From a virus (Duplodnaviria; Caudoviricetes): 31,405 bases of DNA. The notes under the pieces were generated by a model that saw nothing but the letters and a program-made list of their open reading frames with translations, had not been told where the DNA came from and did not search any database. Shown one piece after another: positions 26,659-31,405 of this stretch (position 1 is its first letter; the number at the start of each line of letters is the position of its first letter). A program made the position numbers and the translations under genes. The DNA lies in the IMG/VR virus record IMGVR_UViG_3300033485_000059, positions 1-31,405 of that record; one strand, 5' to 3'.

Positions 26659-27308
26659 GCACACTCGTCTACCTCGGGGCCGGTCACGGCAAGGCCTACC
26701 CATCCGGCGGGTACGACCCCGGTGCCGTCAGCGGCTCGATGGTCGAGGAGGTCAACGCCGAGAAGGTCGTGGCCCACGCGGCGACCGCGCTGCGGCGCTG
26801 CGGGTTCGCCGTCGAGGCCGACGTCAACGCCGAACAGCGGTCCTACGTCGAGGCCGCCGCCCGGGCCAACGCCGTCCACGCCGCCTACGCGATGGAGATC
26901 CACTACAACGCCGGGGGAGGGTTCGGCTCGGAGGCGTACATCCTCACCGGGGCGACGACCCGCACCCGGTCCATCGCCGAGCGGATCAGCCGGGCGGTGG
27001 CCCTCGCCTGCAACCATCCCGACCGTGGGGTCAAGGAACAGGCGGACCACTACTTCAACCGGGTCACGTCGATGCCGAGCTGCATCCTTGAGGTCGCGTT
27101 CCTCGACAACGCGGCAGACCGTGGCATGGTCCTGGCGACCGGGCACCACCAGAGGGTCGGCGAGGCCATCGCGTCGGCCCTGTGCGCCTCGTTCGCGATC
27201 CCCTACCGGCCGCCCGTCCCCGTGGCCCCGCCGACGCCCCCCGCGCTGAGCGTCGACCAGCGGCTGGCTGCCCTAGAGTCCAGGGTGACGAAGCTGGAGG
27301 CACGATGA
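26655..27308 (+). CDS. endolysin, N-acetylmuramoyl-L-alanine amidase (Amidase_3 type)
   Basis: Zn-ligand and catalytic motifs GAGHG, DPGAV....EE..N, EIHYNA and ILEVAFLDN; Pro linker and short C-terminal coiled coil. Confidence 0.9.
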   Translation: MSTLVYLGAGHGKAYPSGGYDPGAVSGSMVEEVNAEKVVAHAATALRRCGFAVEADVNAEQRSYVEAAARANAVHAAYAMEIHYNAGGGFGSEAYILTGATTRTRSIAERISRAVALACNHPDRGVKEQADHYFNRVTSMPSCILEVAFLDNAADRGMVLATGHHQRVGEAIASALCASFAIPYRPPVPVAPPTPPALSVDQRLAALESRVTKLEAR

Positions 27309-28240
27309 CCGACTACGCGACCCGTCTGAACCTGATCGGGGCCGAGGCCGACACCCAGGTCGGTGAGCTCGCCGCCGAGAACACCGGGCTCCGGTCGGAG
27401 ATCGTCCTGCTGGAGGCCGAGGTCGCCAGGCTCCAGGCCATCATCGACTCCCAGCCCCCGCCGCCCCCGCCGCCGCCGCCCCCGCCGCCCCTCCGCACCC
27501 TGTTCGGCTGCTCGGCCCCGTCGGGCATCGACCCGCTGGAGCAGGCCCTCGGGGTGCGGCTCGCGGCCAGACGGTCCTACGACCGCTCCATCCCTGCCGC
27601 GTTCAGCGCCCATGAGGCATGGGTCGACGTCGGCCGCCGGGCATCGGTCCTCAGCGTCAAGGCCACCGACTGGACGGCGAGCGGCCGAGCTCGGGCCGCC
27701 GACGCCATCCGAGCGTTCGGCTCGACCTGGCCCGAGGGCCATGTCGGCTACCTGATCGTCAACCATGAGCCGGAGAACGACGGCCGGGCCGCCGCAGACT
27801 TCAGGGCGCTCCAGGCCGCCGTCGTCGCCGCGTGGAAAGAGGTCGCGCCGGGCATCCCCATCGGCGGGAACCTGATGAGCTACAGCACCGTCCCGGCCTC
27901 CGGCCGCAACCCCGACGAGTGGGTCTACGACGGGTGGGACTTCCTGAGCTGGGACGGCTACAACAAGGCCACGAAGACCATCGAGCAGGTCTTCACCCCC
28001 TGCATGGCCGTCAACATCAGGCACGGCGGTCTGCCGTTCGCCATCGCCGAGTACGGGGACGTCAACGACTCGACCCGCCTGACCTGGACCCGGCAGGGGG
28101 TCGAGCTGGTCGCCTCCCACGGCGGCCCGTTCTGCACCTACTGGAACAGCACCCAGACCGGCCTGCCCTACGTCTGGAAGAACGCCCAGTATCCGGCGGT
28201 ACGGGACATCGCCCTCGCCTACGGGGGGACCGCGCTCTGA
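27305..28240 (+). CDS. coiled-coil + poly-Pro linker + GH26-like glycoside hydrolase
   Basis: GGAGG RBS and ATGA overlap at 27305; 12 consecutive Pro; LIVNHEPEND, FLSWDGYN and FAIAEYG motifs. Confidence 0.7.
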   Translation: MTDYATRLNLIGAEADTQVGELAAENTGLRSEIVLLEAEVARLQAIIDSQPPPPPPPPPPPPLRTLFGCSAPSGIDPLEQALGVRLAARRSYDRSIPAAFSAHEAWVDVGRRASVLSVKATDWTASGRARAADAIRAFGSTWPEGHVGYLIVNHEPENDGRAAADFRALQAAVVAAWKEVAPGIPIGGNLMSYSTVPASGRNPDEWVYDGWDFLSWDGYNKATKTIEQVFTPCMAVNIRHGGLPFAIAEYGDVNDSTRLTWTRQGVELVASHGGPFCTYWNSTQTGLPYVWKNAQYPAVRDIALAYGGTAL

Positions 28241-28241
28241 C

Positions 28242-28631
28242 ATGGGACGACGGCCCGGCGTGGGCGGGGGAGGCCGCCCACGGCCGGTGACCGTCCCCTG
28301 CGAGCGGTGCGGTGCCGACGTCGCCGTCCACGCCACCGGCCGACTCCCACGGTTCTGTGAGCCGTGCGCCTACGACCGGGAGCGGGAGGCGGTCGCTCGG
28401 AAGCGCGACCGGGAGTCCGGCACCCAAGCTCGCCGCCGGACCCCGGCCGAGCGTGAGGCGGTCGCCGGGCGGTCGCCGGGGGAGGTCGTCGCCGAGAGGC
28501 TGGTCGACCGGCGGCTCAGGATCGAGCAGGCCCGTCCGCTGATCGCGATGGCGCTGCTGACCCTGTCCTCGGAGCACCCGGCCACCCCGATCCTGCGGGA
28601 GGCCTACTCCGTTCTGGACTGCTCCCCGTAG
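28242..28631 (+). CDS. hypothetical zinc-ribbon protein
   Basis: CERC...GRLPRFCEPC motif followed by a charged helix. Confidence 0.6.
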   Translation: MGRRPGVGGGGRPRPVTVPCERCGADVAVHATGRLPRFCEPCAYDREREAVARKRDRESGTQARRRTPAEREAVAGRSPGEVVAERLVDRRLRIEQARPLIAMALLTLSSEHPATPILREAYSVLDCSP

Positions 28632-28714
28632 CCGTATCAGGCCGTATCAGGGAAACCCGATACTCGAGGTCGGGGTCGAATGGGGCAGAATGACGGCCCA
28701 ATGGGGCAGAATGA
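28631..28714. promoter_or_regulatory. intergenic direct repeats, putative operator/promoter region
   Basis: GCCGTATCAG twice (28631-28650) and AATGGGGCAGAATGA twice (28679-28693, 28700-28714; 21-nt period), at the late/early module boundary. Confidence 0.45.
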
Positions 28715-28766
28715 GAGGCGTCCCGGGGGGAGGCCCCGGGGCCAGGCGAGCTTGGAGGAAGACCCC

Positions 28767-29246
28767 GTGACCATGACCCGAGCAGCGAGGCTGCGCCACC
28801 AGGAGGCCGAGCGCCTCCGCGAGCAGGAGGGGGACGGTGTGAACACCTACCGGCCGGTCGAGGCCCGAGACCTGCGCCCGGGCGACCTCGTCCTCGTCAA
28901 GTACTACGACCACACCGGCACCTGGACCGAGGTGGACGTCCCCGTCGAGACGGTGACGACCCGCCGCTACGGCCGGGGGTCCCGCATCATCGTGACCTGG
29001 GGGAAGGGGTGGGGCGAGGGGTCCTACCCACCCGGGAAGATCTTCGGCGTGACGACCCGGCCCGTTGCCCTGACCCGGTGGGAGGGCTACGTCCTCCGGC
29101 GGGGGCTCCTGAAGCTCATCGATGACGGGCACACCCCCGAGGACATCTACCGGGAGGCCCTCGCCCTGTACGGGAAGCTCCCGACCAGCCCAGAGGACAT
29201 CCCCTACCGGGAGAAGCCCATCCGGCTCGGGGAGGACGCCCGATGA
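28767..29246 (+). CDS. hypothetical protein (start uncertain)
   Basis: In the frame of ORF 28680..29246. GGAGGA precedes GTG 28767 / ATG 28773; a later GTG near 28839 also has an RBS. Contains ARDLRPGDLVLV (SH3-like start). Confidence 0.6.
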   Translation: MTMTRAARLRHQEAERLREQEGDGVNTYRPVEARDLRPGDLVLVKYYDHTGTWTEVDVPVETVTTRRYGRGSRIIVTWGKGWGEGSYPPGKIFGVTTRPVALTRWEGYVLRRGLLKLIDDGHTPEDIYREALALYGKLPTSPEDIPYREKPIRLGEDAR

Positions 29247-29377
29247 CGACCCTCGGAGTCTGGCCCCTGTGCCGAGACGGCCAGCACCAGCGATGCATCG
29301 GCCGCCCCCACTGGCGGGGCCAGCCGATGTGTACCTGCCCCTGCCACACCACACCACCGGAGGAGAGCGATGAGTAA
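29243..29377 (+). CDS. small Cys/His-rich putative Zn-binding protein (44 aa)
   Basis: Not in the ORF track. GGAGGA RBS, ATGA overlap; C-x4-H-x2-C...C-x-C-x-C-H pattern (CRDGQHQRC...CTCPCH). Confidence 0.65.
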   Translation: MTTLGVWPLCRDGQHQRCIGRPHWRGQPMCTCPCHTTPPEESDE

Positions 29378-29564
29378 CCGCAGCATCGACCTGGAGGCGT
29401 TCATCGCCGAGCTGGTCGCGTTCAGTGGGGCCCCGAACCGGGAGGCCGCGATGGACTACCTCATCCCGTTCGCGGCGGTCGTCCGTATCGCCGAGGCGTC
29501 CCCCTTCGGTCCGATCCGCGCCGGGCTGGTGGCGGCGGCCGACCCTCGGCAGGATCTGCCGTGA
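29370..29564 (+). CDS. hypothetical protein (64 aa)
   Basis: GGAGGAG RBS; overlaps neighbouring genes in operon fashion. Confidence 0.6.
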   Translation: MSNRSIDLEAFIAELVAFSGAPNREAAMDYLIPFAAVVRIAEASPFGPIRAGLVAAADPRQDLP

Positions 29565-29884
29565 ACGCCAACGAGATGCACGCGGCCGACGTCGGCCTGG
29601 CGACCGACCTGATGCGCCTGTTCTACGTCTCGGCGACCGCCCGGGGACCGGAGTCCCGCGACATCGGCCTGGTCGTCTTCGACGCCGCCGTGACAGAGAT
29701 CTCCCAGAGGCCGGAGGCCGCCGCGAGGATGCTCTGGACCCTCGTCGTCACGAACGTCGGCCTGGCCTGCGCCCAAGCCCCCCTGCGGGGGGTCAGCGTC
29801 GAGACGATCCTCAAGCAGATGGTCGAGGCCGCCGAGGAAGCCGACGAGGACGCCGCCCGGGAGGAGACGTCCCAGTGGAATTGA
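29561..29884 (+). CDS. hypothetical protein (107 aa)
   Basis: GTGA overlap; GC-rich third codon positions; acidic C-terminus. Confidence 0.6.
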   Translation: MNANEMHAADVGLATDLMRLFYVSATARGPESRDIGLVVFDAAVTEISQRPEAAARMLWTLVVTNVGLACAQAPLRGVSVETILKQMVEAAEEADEDAAREETSQWN

Positions 29885-30339
29885 CCGAGGTCGTTCTGGA
29901 ATTCGACGTCTTCGGGACCCCCGTGCCACAGGGATCCATGCGGTCCTACGGCCGGTCGGTCGTCCCGACGAACGCGTCGAGGCTTCGGCCCTGGCGTTAC
30001 GCCGTCGCCGCAGAAGCCGAGGCCGAGATGGCCCGGGCCGGGATCCCCGGCTGGCAGCACGGGCCGGTCAGCGTCGAGGTCGTGTTCCGAATGCCCCGAC
30101 CGAAGAGCCACTACCGGGCGGATGGCCGCCTGAAGGAGACCGCACCGTTGTGGACATGGAAGCGCCCAGACATCGACAAGCTGCTCCGCGCCGTCCTCGA
30201 CGGCATGACCGATGCAGGGGTGTGGACCGACGACTCGCAGGTCGTTGGCGTCCAGGCCGCCAAGTACTACTCCGACGGCCCACCGGGGGCGGCGGTGTCG
30301 GCATGGGGGACTAGGCGGCCCGAGTGGTGGGCCCAGTGA
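29875..30339 (+). CDS. rusA: RusA-like Holliday junction resolvase
   Basis: GGAGGAG RBS, GTG 29875. G.PVPQGS, F.MPRPKSH and PDIDKLLRAVLDGMT..GVW.DDSQVV (three catalytic Asp) motifs. Confidence 0.9.
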   Translation: MELTEVVLEFDVFGTPVPQGSMRSYGRSVVPTNASRLRPWRYAVAAEAEAEMARAGIPGWQHGPVSVEVVFRMPRPKSHYRADGRLKETAPLWTWKRPDIDKLLRAVLDGMTDAGVWTDDSQVVGVQAAKYYSDGPPGAAVSAWGTRRPEWWAQ

Positions 30340-30476
30340 GCCCCCTCGTCGGCACCCTGCTGTTCATGGCGGCGACCTTCCTCGGCGTGCTGCTCCTGCT
30401 GGCCGCGCCCGGGGCCCTCCTGATGATCGCCGTCGTCGTGTTCGTCGTCGCGCTGCTGAGGGAGGAGAGCACATGA
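30336..30476 (+). CDS. small hydrophobic membrane protein (46 aa)
   Basis: Not in the ORF track. GTGA and ATGA overlaps at both ends; MSPLVGTLLFMAATFLGVLLLLAAPGALLMIAVVVFVVALLREEST. Confidence 0.6.
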   Translation: MSPLVGTLLFMAATFLGVLLLLAAPGALLMIAVVVFVVALLREEST

Positions 30477-30658
30477 CCGATGACCGGATGATGCCGCCGG
30501 AGGAGGTCGCCGAGCTCCTCGGCGTGTCCGAGGCTGCGCTGCGGAAGTGGAGAGCGGAAGGAGCCGGGCCGCCCTACGTCCGGCTCGGCTACCGCACGGT
30601 GCGCTACCGGCACCGTGACGTCATGCGATTCCTACGGGTCAGAACGGAGGCGAAGTGA
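30473..30658 (+). CDS. AlpA/excisionase-family HTH DNA-binding protein
   Basis: GGAGGAG RBS, ATG 30473; EEVAELLGVSEAALRKWR..G.GP.YVRLG.RTVRYR. Confidence 0.9.
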   Translation: MTDDRMMPPEEVAELLGVSEAALRKWRAEGAGPPYVRLGYRTVRYRHRDVMRFLRVRTEAK

Positions 30659-30915
30659 ACGGGAACGGCCAGGCCCCGCAGGTCCAGCCGGGCAGCAACG
30701 CCCTGGCGCAGCCGGGCCCGGTGCAGGTCACGCTGCAACAGAGGACCGCGCACGGGCAGACGTGGGTGGTGCTGCTGTTCGACCTGCCGACGGGGACGGC
30801 CGTCATCCATCTGCCGCCGGACATGGCCGAGGGTCTCGGTCGTGGCCTGACGCAGCTCGGGCAGCAGGCCAAGTCCGGCCTGATCGTCCCGACCCCGAAG
30901 ATCCCACCCATCTAG
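30655..30915 (+). CDS. hypothetical protein (86 aa)
   Basis: GGAGG RBS, GTGA overlap; ends SGLIVP... Confidence 0.65.
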   Translation: MNGNGQAPQVQPGSNALAQPGPVQVTLQQRTAHGQTWVVLLFDLPTGTAVIHLPPDMAEGLGRGLTQLGQQAKSGLIVPTPKIPPI

Positions 30916-31047
30916 GGCAGGCATGGCAGGCGAGGCACGGCTCGGCGCGGCTCGGCACGGCAGGGCTCGGCGTGGCAAGGCATGGCAGGCGGGGCAGGGC
31001 GTGGGCGGGGCCCGGCTGGGCATGGCGAGGCATGGCAGGGCAGGCAA
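30916..31047 (+). repeat. intergenic GGC-NN pentamer array (27 units), candidate guide-like ncRNA
   Basis: Parsed by hand: GGCA GGCAT GGCA | GGCGA GGCAC GGCTC GGCGC GGCTC GGCAC GGCAG GGCTC GGCGT GGCAA GGCAT GGCA | GGCGG GGCAG GGCGTG GGCGG GGCCC GGCTG GGCAT GGCGA GGCAT GGCAG GGCA GGCAA. Confidence 0.9.
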
Positions 31048-31085
31048 GGACCCCCAATCGGAACCGGAGAGAAGAAGGAACGGCG

Positions 31086-31405
31086 ATGGCTATTAGCAAG
31101 GCACCGCAAGGCCCCATCCGCCTGATCCCCATCGAGCAGGACACCCTGATCGTTGAGGTGAAGGGGACCAGTCCGCTGATCGTCCACGCGTGGTCGCAGA
31201 AGGCCAAGCAGATGATCCTCGACAAGCAGAGCGGGAAGAAGCCCCAGCGCGAGCCGAAGGACCCGGTGCAGGACTACCTCGACTCCATGTACCGCCTGAC
31301 CGACGGGCGCACCGGCATGCCAGCCACGGCCTTCAAGAAGGCGACGGTCGCCGGGGGCCGGTTCTTCAAGGGCTCGGTCACGATGGCCGAACTCCGGCCG
31401 ATGCT
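31086..31405 (+). CDS. RAMP/Cas7-like protein, truncated by the window end
   Basis: Not in the ORF track (no stop codon). GAAGGAA RBS, ATG 31086. MAISKAPQGPIRLIPIEQDTLIVEVKGTSPLIVHAWSQKAK...YRLTDGRTGMPATAFKKATVAGGRF. V.V.G.SPLI.H and GMPATAFKKA resemble the RAMP beta-1 'tPlhiG' and 'IPGSSLKG' motifs of Csm3/Cas7-group proteins. Confidence 0.65.
   Translation, partial: MAISKAPQGPIRLIPIEQDTLIVEVKGTSPLIVHAWSQKAKQMILDKQSGKKPQREPKDPVQDYLDSMYRLTDGRTGMPATAFKKATVAGGRFFKGSVTMAELRPM

Noticed and set aside
27455-27490. CCG/CCC-rich run as a regulatory repeat
   Set aside because: It encodes a 12-Pro interdomain linker in frame.
28636-28643. ATCAGGCC is the reverse complement of four consecutive NN slots (GG CC TG AT) of array unit 2, a possible self-target
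   Set aside because: An 8-nt match is expected by chance in 31 kb on two strands, and the flanking slots do not extend it.
30473-30658. Treating the HTH/excisionase-like gene as proof of an integrated prophage
   Set aside because: No integrase, att site or host gene is visible in the window, so lifestyle cannot be determined.
30604-31047. Minus-strand ORF beginning MPALPCLAMPSRAP and similar ORFs across the GGC array
   Set aside because: The P/C/R/A pattern is simply the translation of the pentamer array; there is no evidence of a real protein.
30916-31047. Calling the GGC array a classical CRISPR array or a simple microsatellite
   Set aside because: There are no 25-40 nt repeats with spacers, and variation is confined to the NN slots rather than scattered as in slippage-derived repeats.
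254-31225. Many long minus-strand and alternate-frame ORFs in the track (e.g. 523..2076, 5864..7450, 7887..9503, 15514..17196, 18943..20559, 23215..24756)
   Set aside because: They are shadows of GC-rich + strand genes. They overlap well-supported, tightly coupled + strand CDSs and have R/G/P-biased sequence without recognisable motifs.

Overview
A high-GC window, coding almost entirely on the + strand, covering the virion module and the start of the early region of an actinobacterial-type siphovirus (phage or prophage; no integrase or host genes are visible). Gene order: small and large terminase, an unusual cargo block, HK97-type portal with a C-terminal extension, prohead protease, major capsid, putative head-spike base plus a 1335-aa repeat fibre, head-tail proteins, tail tube, frameshifted tail chaperone, tape measure, tail-tip proteins, lysis cassette, then small early genes (RusA-like resolvase, HTH). 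Two things stand out. (1) At the right end, a non-coding array of 27 GGC-NN units (30916-31047), punctuated by 4-nt GGCA units, lies directly upstream of a truncated gene with RAMP/Cas7-like motifs; this is a candidate phage RNA-guided system. (2) Between the terminase and the protease, four unrelated enzyme-like domains (ADP-ribosyltransferase, unknown domain, HhH glycosylase-like, ParB/Srx-like) are each preceded by a His-rich tag of the RHLPGQHDQxxHAG type (three close copies, one diverged). The first three domains are followed by short acidic peptides, one of them a hidden gene nested out of frame; this is a candidate protease-released capsid cargo system. All functional calls come from motif recognition by eye; no database searches were run.
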